A program made the translations under genes and the position numbers. Of a DNA stretch of 20,506 bases, positions 9,901 to 19,907 are shown one piece after another. Origin of the DNA: Selaginella moellendorffii (lineage: Eukaryota; Plantae; Lycopodiophyta); NCBI RefSeq assembly GCF_000143415.4, contig NW_003314319.1:1-20506 (forward strand), read 5' to 3'. The stretch's first letter is position 1. Each line of letters opens with the position of its first letter. The notes beneath the pieces are model-generated. The model was not told where the DNA came from. It saw only the letters and a program-made list of their open reading frames with translations, and ran no database searches.

Positions 9901-11881
9901 AACAGTATCTTCTCTGCGAACCTGGTGAGTACACACTTTAAGTTTAAATGTTATCTCACAAGCTCTGTATGCAGGAGCGTGGCCACCCCCAGATGCTGAA
10001 ACGGCATTAACAGCTACTGTTGAAGATACCCATGTTGGGCCGAGCTCACAACTTGCACAAGGTAAGGTCACGTGAGGCCTCACGCCATTTTGATTATAGA
10101 TTGTTGTGAATATTCAGACACGAGGACTGAAAAGCGCACTGGTGGCGCATCGAAGAAGGACAAACAGACAAGCAATAGGAAAAAAGGAGGTACAAATTAT
10201 ATTTGCAATGGCGTGTGGTCTCATGCCATTCCTTGCAGGAGAAACTTCTTCAAAGGCAAAACAGGCAAGCACCAGCCAAGCTCAAACTGACAGTGGTCAT
10301 AAAAAGTGAAAGCACGTTGGACAGTCGTCGAGATCAGAGGCGTTTGATTCGAAAAGGAAGAAGGGCAACGAAAAGATGATAGGTAATGCCTCGCGGTTAT
10401 GGCGTGTGTGCTCATGCCATTCATTGCAGATCAAGGGCTGAGTGAAAGCAGGCAGTCACCACCTCATGACTCAGATTCCTATGGCGGACTCCCCTTCCCC
10501 AATCTCAATGGAGAGGTACAATGGATGAGGGAAGCTTTTCAAGTCAGGGCCACGTTTTTCTCATCTCGTCGTCTTCGAAGGGTGCAAGAACGTGCAGAAA
10601 CCATGTTAAGACAGTCGGGTGAGGATACGGTCCTAGGTCACGCACTAAAACAGGGGATGTCTTGTATTTTGAGATGGAGACTCGGCCAGATGATTTTCCC
10701 AAGATGGTCCTGGAAGAACAAGCCATCCAGCCTGAGCAGCCTATGGAAGAAATGCAGGAGGGGGATGAGGAGCCAGAGAAAGATAATGAGCAGGAAGAGC
10801 AGAAGGACGAAGAGGAGGACAAAGAAGAGGAGGACGAAGAAGAGGAGGACGAAGAGGACTTGGATGGTCCTCACAATGGTGACGATCACAATAACGACGA
10901 CGACGATGATGACGACGATGGCCAGCCTGAGGTGGCCAAAGAGCAGCGGAGGAAGGTCATACAAGACAAACTATCAGGTAAATAATAGTACATCCATTCC
11001 TAACCTTTTACCATTTCTAACATTGTCCATGTAGGTCGCAGAGCAAATGGTAAGTAGAGATTATTCAGTTGAATTTAAAAACTCTAGCCTTTAGTGTCGA
11101 GGAAGGATAGTGCCAAGCAAGGGTCGAAACGTATGTCCAATCCTTCAGAATCAGCAGTGCGCCCAAGTGATATCGGTCCTAGTTCTTCAATACCAGTTGA
11201 TGGTAAATACAGTATAGTCGATTCAATGTGCTAATGAGTTTGTTTTTAGTAGCACGGGAGGATACCATCTCAATCGAAGGGAGATATTTGGACATGCATA
11301 TGGATCCGCCAGTGGACTCTACTTGGCTGCAAGAGTCATCAGAGCTGGTGTAGGCTACTATCCATATCAACACCAAGCAAGCTGACCACGCTCCACTTGA
11401 TGCTGCCCATACCACTGAGTCAATCTTGTCCACGTATCCAACTGACGGTGACCAGGTGCCATTGGACCCACATGAGGCCGCCCCAGCCGCCGAGCCGGTC
11501 GTATCCTCATTTCCAACGGACTCAATGTGTGCCCAATCGTCTGACTACGCGCCGTTGGAACCTCCCTACACCGCCCCTGCTGCCTGTTCGGTCATGTCCA
11601 CTTTGCCAACGGAGGCACCAGCTGAAATGGTGTGTGATCACACGCCATCGGAACCACCCCATGCCACTGTTGAGCCAGTTGTACCAGAGTCTACAGCTGA
11701 AATGGCATGTGCCCACACGCCATCGGATGCGATTGACCCCACATTGCAGAGGAGAGTATTTCCGCCCTTCACGTTTCCTCGACCAAAACCCTCTCAACGA
11801 CCATCGGGAGCAACATTTGCTAATATTGTAGATGGTAAAATTGACTTGTACCATTTTTTATGCTGACGCATTTCATTTCAG

Positions 11882-12480
11882 AGTCACTGCGAAGGTACTG
11901 TATCGTTTTTGATCTGAACGGTGTCCTTTTCTCCCATGAGCGTGGCTCGTCCTCGAATGTCACTGCACCCTCCAAAGCCTGCGGTCGCAAGTTGGTCAAA
12001 AGAGACAGATTCACATTAATCACACGGGAGAAACTGCGGGATCTAATAATGACCATGCGACACTTAAAACAGAGGGCCGGGTTCAATTTGCAATTGGGAG
12101 TTTGAACATCCATGATGCGCCACAATGCATTAACGTTGCTACAGATGATGCACGATCAGACGCGAGTAATATTACCATTTGACTTTCTCCTAACGCAGGA
12201 GGATTGCTTGACTATGGTCCATGTGAGGGGTAGCAAGCCCATCTTCGTCAAGCCAGAGGCTGTAGTGATGAACCGGACTGCTAGCTCAAGTGAAATCCTC
12301 ATCATCGATGACTCGCCGATTAAAACTGTAGCGAACACGCACACATATGTAGTGCACCCCATCTCTTGCAGTATGGAAACTAGGGAGAAGAAACCGTATG
12401 TTCTGGGGGACCTTGCAAAACGGCTTGGAGCGATGGTGATAGAGAACCGGCCAGTCCAGGAGGTGGCTGCAGAAATCAAC
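11882..12480 (+). other. FCP1/NIF-like HAD phosphatase domain of the cargo protein
   Basis: HAD motifs: IVFDLNGVL (I), GV[W>stop]TSMMRHN (II), KPIFVKP (III), ILIIDDSPIK (IV). Confidence 0.8.
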
Positions 12481-13161
12481 CAAATGGCAGATGGAACGGT
12501 ATATCAGAAGCCATTTGATCGGACAGACACCAGTCATCATTTATGGCATGTATATTGTCTAGCCAAGCACTATCCGCATCTCCATAATCTGCTCAACCGG
12601 ATGGGTTCTTCGACCATTGAACATGAGCGTGGACGTATTAGAGAAGATATGGCATTACTATTGGGTTTAAATCCTGATAGTGTGGAGAGTGATGAAATTC
12701 CAAGATTATTGTATAGGCGTTGGAGGCAAAAAATAACAGTTTGAGATGGCATGTATTTATTTTAAAATGTAACTTATTATAGCATGGGGTTCCATGCCAT
12801 TGTATTAATATTAAAAGACAATTCTTTGAGAGGATTTGCATTATACTAGAAGTGTTACAGCATGTTATTGGAAGTCTACGAAGTTGTTTTATTAATAATG
12901 GGAAAGTAAAGATTGAATGGGGACTTGGGCTCCACCTAGACTCGGAGCAACTGAGCCAATATTAAAAGGATGGAAAGAAATTGGACGACGATGACAAGGA
13001 GAAGAGAGAGGTGAAGCAGTGGCGGGGGAGGAGAAGTGATTGAGTAGACATTTCATTGTTTAAAATAAAATGGCATGTGCCTCAATGCAGTTCAATTTTG
13101 TTATATTTATATACTATATAAAGGTTTGGAAACCTTATTTTACAAGTGGGATAATGACAAT

Positions 13162-13186
13162 TCCCACTTTAACGAAATAGAGCCTC
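13162..13186 (-). repeat. Right terminal inverted repeat (TCCCACTTTAACGAAATAGAGCCTC on +)
   Basis: Pairs with 808-832. An extra inverted sub-terminal AAGTGGGA at 13144-13151 forms a local palindrome with the TIR. Confidence 0.9.
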
Positions 13187-14308
13187 TTGATAAGTTATGG
13201 CTTTTCGCAATACCACATATTCTTTGTGATTTGCTCTGAATTGGTCTTTTGGGTTGAGACATCAAAGTAGGATGTTGTAAACACTTGCTTAAGCAACTTG
13301 AGTTTCTTTGTATTGTTAACTGGGATCTATTTAGATTGGCTAGTGCGATGGTTGGCATGAATGTTATGTTTGTTTGTCTTGCAACATTTATTTTGTTTTG
13401 TTGATCATTGTTTGAGTTAGTTCTGATAGATTGGGACATTATTTCCTTTGGGTGATACATTCGCGAGCATTGTGCTTGTTAGTCAATGATACTTTGTGTT
13501 CTTTGCATTATCTTTAGTAAGTTGTTTGGCATACTGTCTACCATCTTCGGTAATTAAGTTTCATTATTGAGTTTCCTTGATGATATACTTGCTATTGAAT
13601 TTTGTTGGTTGGTCAATCCTAAATTTCCAAAAATGATGATCTTGGTGGTTCTTATACTATAATACTAGTTTATCGAATGATCACTTACTTGGAATACTTT
13701 TGTGTTCTACTCTAAGATTTAATCACTGGTATTTAAGTCTCTAAGATATCATTGTCTATGACTTTGATATTGTCCATCTATTGATCTTTGAGTTTGGGCC
13801 AGTATAGGTAAACTGGCTTCGGCACTTCGTGTGCATGGTGAAATCTCTAGTCATGGGGTAGTTATTGTCGACTGGTCACATCACCCGCCTCTTTGTCGAT
13901 GTTCCTTATTCCGTTAAAAAGGGCATGACCGTGTAAACAACTCTAGCTACCTGTTTACAGTAGTCTATCTAAACCTTACCGACGGGTTTGGCTTCTTTGC
14001 TCATGAGAGTTGGGGCCTCTAGCTTCTCTCTCTATGTCCCTGCGGGCAGGGGCATATCACACTTTTGTAAGCTAGGTGACACCCAGAGCAGCAAGAGTGG
14101 CTAACTCTATTGGTCATTTCCTTGTCGACGACGGCTGGAAGGTGTCTGAGCTAGTAGCGCATCCGCATTAGACAAAGAGGTTGCCTTCTAACTCATTTAA
14201 GTTGGTGCATTTCTCACATAGTGTGAACAGTGTGAACTTTTTCTGGAGTTGTTTCCTTGGTGGTATTCTAGACTCAAGTATACATCAACGAGGATGTCAA
14301 TCTTCCCT

Positions 14309-14320
14309 AGGGGGGGAGAA
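14309..14320 (+). other. Polypurine tract AGGGGGGGAGAA immediately before an LTR
   Basis: Purine run directly abutting the TGTCGTGA LTR start. Confidence 0.75.
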
Positions 14321-15772
14321 TGTCGTGAATATGACTTCGGGTATCAAAAATTACCTGTCGGCTAGTCCTTTTGAACACTCTTTCCTTACTGCCACGATGG
14401 CAGGAGGTCAATATTGCTGGACCCTTTATTAGTCCCTATTGTGCTAGTGGAGTTAATTGAGCATTTCGAGTGTACTTAGACCGGACAAGCATAAGGACGG
14501 AATTCCTATGTATTATTAGCTAAGCATACTTAGCTCGGTAAGGAGTTCCCGTCTCGTTTTATCTTGCACTTGCTAGTGACAAAAACCCTCGCGTATTGAA
14601 ATTAGTCCCTCAATATCGCTACATGATAGCTTACTGTGTCTGCCAAACACCCTTGCTATCATGCCCTTTGTGTTTGTCTTATTTCAGTCCTAAATGTTAT
14701 TTATGGAAAGTGTCCAGATTTGCTCTTTTGGCATATCTACGGAATGTAGAGATTAGCCTGAACATAATGGTGTTCGTCCCGTGTCCAAATTTGCAATTTA
14801 GCACCATTCCAAATTTAGTAAGTTTCAACTTGTCCCAGAGACTAACTCCTGATACTAAAGGAGGCTTGAGTGAAAGCCCAAAGCGTGTGTTCCTCAAGGG
14901 GGGGGTTGGGGTTCCAAATATATAGTAGGGATATTGGGTAGTTCGGGCATGGCCAACCAACCTGAGGCATAATCTAGCTCCTACTTGCGTGCCTTTCCTT
15001 GTTCTGCTTCCGGCTTATGTCTAAGCCCAAGTTCCATTCCATGCTAGTTGGTGGAGTACTCATGTCCTTGCGTTAAGCCACCGGTATGTCGAAATAGTGC
15101 CAGACTCCGTTTGGCTCCATTTTGTGTGCTAGTCTTAGCATTAGGATGTTGGTTGCTCTAGGACTGTTCCAAGTCACTCCGGGCTCCTGTCCCTTCACTC
15201 CTTGGGCTGTATATTTAGGAGTTGCTCCGTGGTCCGGTTCCGTTGCTCCTTGGCTTCATACTTGGGAGTTTGGCACCGTTCCTTCGTTCCGTGGCCCAAG
15301 GCCCTGAACCTCGGGTCTGCACCACTGTCCTTTGGACACATGGCATATGACACATGGCATAAAAAGGGTTTAGGTTCCACTTTGTGGTGTTATCCTATAG
15401 TAAATCACTATAGGATAAAGGGTAAAAACCACGTGTGCTACACTTTCCTTCTATATTTGAACCCCATGGATCGTATTTTAAGTTGTTCCCTTTGATTGCT
15501 TACACTTGGATCCATCTCAGACTCCATCTCGAGTCTATCTCGAACTCCATCTGGGGTCCATGTTGGGTCCATTTCGAATCCATATCGGACTACATCTTGA
15601 AGTCCATCTTGGGTCCATCTTAGGTCCATATTGGACTCCATCTCGGACTCCATCTTGGGTCCATCTCAAGTCCATATCAAACTCTATCTCGGACTCCATT
15701 TCGAATTTCATCTCGGATTCCTTCTTGAACTCTATCTCAGACTTGTTCTTAACACTTCAATATGTCACGACA
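14321..15772 (+). mobile_element. 3' LTR (~1.45 kb) of a probable Gypsy-type retrotransposon
   Basis: TGTCGTGA...TCACGACA terminal inverted repeats (TG...CA), preceded by a PPT; homologous copies at 19400-20506. Confidence 0.8.
15507..15745 (+). repeat. 11-12-bp tandem repeat (GGACTCCATCTC / GGGTCCATCTT variants) inside the LTR
   Basis: About 20 degenerate TCCATCTY-core units. Confidence 0.85.
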
Positions 15773-16379
15773 CTTGCCATGTATTAGTCCTTCTTGTGTC
15801 CATTTTTAGAGACTCACTCACTGATTGTTTCGTGCTCATCCCTTGAGCACTTTGTTTGGAGTTTCACTCCTATTCTCGACTTTCTAAGTTGGAGCCTTTA
15901 GTCCAAACATATTACATGTGTTAAACTTTTGCTTCAACCACTACCATGTGGCACCCTTTTTTGCTCCACTTTGGAGCTTAGAGGTTTGTGTCTCATAATG
16001 ACTAATAGTGGATATTATGGCCACAACTATGTTATTGCCCTTGTTCTTGAACTCGAGCAACAATAGCATCAACCTTTATTGAAATAGGACCATCTCTCAT
16101 ATGAAGTGAAGTTAAACGATGTGCATTGAAAAGTGGAAGGGATGATATTTAATAATGTTGTGCCAAACAAAGAGCATTGTTGAAGGTTGCTGAAGCAAGT
16201 GCATGCACAAGTTTTACAAGATTTTATAAAGTGTTAGCCACAACATTTTCAACTTGATCCATTTTGACATATTTGGCTTTGCACGAAGCAAAAAGCTCTA
16301 GAAACAAATACCAAATTGCATCACTGACTTAGATGGCCTTTGACGAAGATGATTTAATTCTTAGAAGGCATCATCATAA

Positions 16380-16610
16380 TTGTTGGCATGTCCAAATGGG
16401 TATTTAAAAATGTTTGGGAGAATGCTCCAATCCACATGAGTGGTTGCACTCAAACCATTGTACCACTTTTATGCCAGCCTTTGGAGACATATGGGAAACT
16501 CATGCAAACACCAAGTATCATCCCAAAAATGATATGTGGTAGTCACCATAAAGTGATTGAACTAATGGTACACATCATCCCTAAGATTCTCATAAAAGAA
16601 CTCTAGTTAG
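16380..16610 (-). pseudogene. Degenerate retrotransposon gag fragment
   Basis: Minus-strand translation ...DDTWCLHEFPICLQRLA*KWYNGLSATTHVDWSIL... resembles the Retrotrans_gag FP..L.G.A..WY..L......W..L motif. Confidence 0.55.
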
Positions 16611-17422
16611 ACATAAGGATTGGCAACAAGAGCAAGAGGAGTTGTATCATGTGCTGTGAATGTTGCTGTTAACTGAATTTGATTGTTCAATTACAACCAC
16701 ATAGCATTGAGTAACTACATCAATTATTGCTCCATAGTTAAAGGAGGAGGAGATTGTTATACCATAAAGATAAATAAAAAGGAAAAAGTAGAAGAGAAAA
16801 ATTTGAAAAAGCTATAAGGAAAGTGAGATCTAGATAATGCTAAAGCAAGATTTAAACCAAAATCCTAAATTTAAGCACTTCTTAAGGACAATCAAAATTG
16901 CCCTTTTCCACCAATGTGACTACATAAAATATGAAAATAGAATACAGAAATATACATCTTCATTAACTTAAAAACTTTAGTTTATATATAAAAGCAAGTG
17001 GTCTGGATTGAAATCAATCTAAGGGCTATCAAAATCCACTATATTAATATTAATATACGGCTGTTAATATTAGTATATGGCATTATAACTGTACACTTGA
17101 ACCCCACATATACTACTTTTATTCCTTTTAGATAAATCTTGATAATATAAAATTACATGTGTCTAAGTTTTGTTCACAAATTCATGCCTCTTTTATTTTT
17201 ATTTTTTAATTCTTTTCTCATTCTTTTGACAAGTGGTTCCACTTAGAACATATGTAATAATCTAATTAAAAATGATTTTCTATTAAGCTGAGTTTTTTAT
17301 GCTACTAGAAATAGTACAAAAGGAAATATTTCTTAAAAATAGGAGTTTTTAATTGATTTAAGGTATTAATTGTACTAATCTAGAACTTAAGGAGATTATA
17401 CTTGTTAGTTAAGCTGCACTTC

Positions 17423-17874
17423 ATGGGGTTTTTAATGTTTTTTACTTTAATTATAAATATTTTTAAGTTCTTTGTAAGTATAATTTTAAATAAGTAATTC
17501 TTACTCTCTTTTCTATATTTATATAGGTTATAACACATAGTGATTTTTTTGATACATGTAATGGTAGTACAATGAAGCTTATAAGAATTGATGATAATGA
17601 TGAAAGTAAAGGTTGGCAATTTGAAGCTGTTTGTGAACCTCTTATAAATCAAAAATCAACCATTACTCTTAATAATTGTATTACAAATACTAATGGGACT
17701 ATGGGTCATGGTCGTGATTTTCAATTATCATGTAATAGTGCAATTGTAACAATATCATATGATGGTTTGGTAAAATTATCAGCATTTTGCAGTACTTTTG
17801 GTGGCCTTCCAAATCCAACTGGAATTTATTTAAATTATATTCTTGTAAATGTAAATGGTCATCTCAAATGTTAG
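17423..17874 (+). CDS. Secreted cyanovirin-N homology (CVNH) lectin, 2 exons (17423-17473, 17527-17874), 132 aa
   Basis: Hydrophobic leader MGFLMFFTLIINIFKFF, 53-nt phase-0 GTAAGT...TAG intron, then two CVNH half-repeats: FFDTC...FEAVC...ITLNNCITNTNGTM and FQLSC...LSAFC...IYLNYILVNVNGHLKC. AATAAA at 17879. No lesions seen. Confidence 0.8.
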
Positions 17875-17910
17875 ATTGAATAAAAGAAATAATACAAAAT
17901 AACACAATCT

Positions 17911-18262
17911 TAAAATTTTTTTGACTACTTTATTAAGTATATTATGTTATAAATATTAATTGATATAGTAAAGGTATTTTAAAAGTGTTTTAAAAGAAAT
18001 TTTATAGATTTTGCTTTATAGTCATTAAATTAGAAAAATTTAATTGATAAGGTCCATAAATATATTCGTGTGTGTGTGTGTGTCTATATATATATATATA
18101 CACACATGAATATATTTATGGACCTTATCAATTAAATTTTCTAATTTAATTACTATAAAGCCAAATCTAGAAAATGTCTTTGAAAACACTTTTTAAATAC
18201 CTTTACTAAATCAATTCATATTTACAACATAATATATTTCATAAAGTACTCAAAAAATTTTA
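17911..18262. repeat. Long AT-rich inverted repeat (~160-bp arms, (GT)n/(TA)n loop); foldback/MITE-like or hairpin RNA
   Basis: 17911-~18072 is the reverse complement of ~18100-18262 with scattered mismatches, near-perfect close to the loop. Confidence 0.85.
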
Positions 18263-18270
18263 GGCAACTA

Positions 18271-18370
18271 NNNNNNNNNNNNNNNNNNNNNNNNNNNNNN
18301 NNNNNNNNNNNNNNNNNNNNNNNNNNNNNNNNNNNNNNNNNNNNNNNNNNNNNNNNNNNNNNNNNNNNNN
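18271..18370. other. Assembly gap (100 N)
   Basis: Run of N. Confidence 1.
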
Positions 18371-18382
18371 ATAAAATTCTAT

Positions 18383-18543
<161 letters not shown>

Positions 18544-19399
18544 ACAAGGCAACTAAACATTATTTCATCAAGTGATGAGGAATTTTTTTTAGAGGTTGAT
18601 TTTTCTTATTACAGTTTCGATTTCACATCTGATCTTAAAAATGAATATAAATATCCAAAATATGGTCTTTGATTGAGTTTTGGATTCAAGTAATCAATTT
18701 ATCTATACAATGTTGTACTTAGTATATTACCTTTCTGTTGGACATATATATAACTTAATGATATGAGTTTAGTGTTTAGGTTTATAAAGGTGAACTAAAA
18801 AGTAATTGTTGGTTGTTTGGTGACTAATGATTGCTTGTATATTTCATTGAGGACTACTGGGATTTTATTTAGCTTGATAATGTTTAACAGTGATAAGTTT
18901 GCTTTACGAGATGTGTTGTGGAGGATCATGTTGTTGGGATTGCATGATTTTTGTATGTTAGCATATTGATTCCATCTCTATCTATATTATTTTGTTGCAT
19001 TTAGTTTTTGGTGTCAAATTACATTAAGTCTAGGATGTGGTAATAATTTATTATCTATACCTGAGTATTATTCCAAAATTAACTAAATAAGGTATCTTTA
19101 ACCTTAGTTAGTTTAATTAGTAGAGAGCTTTAAATGGTGATTCTTTTTTAACTTTATTCAAGTGGAGCATCCTTTCAATGAGAAACTTTTAATAACTATT
19201 TTATCCTCATTTATCCACCACTTTATCTTTTTCCCTATAAACCAAATAAATAAAGGAGCCTTGAAAGCTATTTTATCCTTATTCATCTTATAATTGAATT
19301 TATCAATACTTCTGTTGTATAAATTAATTATTCTATATGAAGTAATTAATCATCCCAGGGAACTAAATTATACCTTAAGTTAGTTAGCAATGTTTGACC

Positions 19400-19860
19400 T
19401 ATCCACTATCCTTATAAACCCCTCCAAAGGAATGCACACTTTAGGTTTATACCCCAGTCCCAGGAGTTAATCTTTAGAACAATTACGAAAACTTATTAAA
19501 TATAGAATGACACTAAATTGTGAATTTGGACACAAGAACAACACCATCATGTCCAAGACAACCTTTACATTCTGTAGATATACCTCATTAGCAAATCTAA
19601 ACACCTCCATAAATAGTTCTTGAGACTAAATAAAACCAACACATGTGTTATGATAGTGAGAGTGATTTGGCAAACACAGTAAGCTATCATTTAATAAATA
19701 TTGAAGGACTAATCTTAATATCATAGGGTTCTCAACATTAGTAAGTACAATCCAACGAATGAGTTTCTTTAACCATGTCAAGTATGCTTGATTAATAAGA
19801 TTTAAGAATGCCATTATTATGCTCTTTTGGCTAAGTGCATATGTAAAGATTAGTTTCTCA
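19400..19860 (-). mobile_element. Diverged LTR fragment homologous to ~14500-14905
   Basis: Reverse complement shares blocks such as ATGATAGCTTACTGTGT(T/C)TGCCAAA, TGTCCAAATT..CAATTTAG and TAACTCCTG with the 14321-15772 LTR. Confidence 0.7.
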
Positions 19861-19907
19861 ACTAGTTTGGGTAGAAATTAAAGGGTTCAACAATACTAAC
19901 ATTCTAC

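Larger units (their letters stand above)
7127..12744 (+). pseudogene. Element cargo gene, 11 predicted exons, ~1640 codons: ParB/Srx-like + degenerate N4/N6-MTase-like + acidic linker + FCP1/NIF HAD phosphatase
   Basis: Predicted exons 7127-7129, 7369-8546, 8601-9924, 9975-10061, 10118-10189, 10239-10382, 10430-10977, 11035-11049, 11095-11202, 11250-11834, 11882-12744; all introns GT-AG and frame-preserving. Lesions: stops at 8182, 10307, 11351, 12103; one frameshift at ~8490 and one within 10430-10660. Confidence 0.75.
1035..13091. promoter_or_regulatory. Dispersed 22-bp palindrome family ATGGCRTG-N6-CAYGCCAT (~21 copies), putative protein-binding sites
   Basis: Copies start at 1035, 1351, 1404, 2746, 2803, 4640, 4710, 4808, 5420, 6358, 7155, 7232, 7292, 8568, 10067, 10208, 10399, 11627, 11702, 12779, 13070 (some degenerate). 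The spacer is usually NGGCCN. Function is inferred. Confidence 0.8.
808..13186 (-). mobile_element. ~12.4-kb TIR DNA transposon (Sola-like/DUF7869-type DDD transposase) with a divergent cargo gene; decayed copy
   Basis: Seen: 25-bp inverted termini (24/25 match) enclosing two divergent genes and all full copies of the 22-bp palindrome; similar T-rich degenerate flank sequence on both sides. The superfamily label is inferred from transposase motifs. Confidence 0.88.

Noticed and set aside
8092-9934. Minus-strand ORFs (8092-8532, 8486-9094, 9416-9934)
   Set aside because: Antisense shadows of the cargo gene.
10700-11034. Arg/Lys-rich C-terminus of ORF 10399-11034 as a protamine-like protein
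   Set aside because: It is the alternative frame of the Glu/Asp-rich tract; only the acidic frame splices in phase to downstream exons.
1035-13091. Palindromic repeats as a CRISPR array or REP/attC cassette system
   Set aside because: Spacing is irregular (about 50 bp to 1.8 kb), copies lie in spliceosomal introns and exons, there are no cas or integrase genes, and the context is eukaryotic.
14036-14066. GGGGCATATCACA as an LTR 3' end, or its reverse complement as a PBS
   Set aside because: No matching LTR start, TSD or clear tRNA complement is visible in the window; left uncalled.
15339-15361. ATGGCATATGACACATGGCAT as a palindrome copy outside the element
   Set aside because: It is a direct repeat of CATGGCAT and lacks the inverted CAYGCCAT half-site.
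15435-15846. Overlapping ORFs with SISD/MES repeats
   Set aside because: Translations of the 11-12-bp tandem repeat within the LTR.
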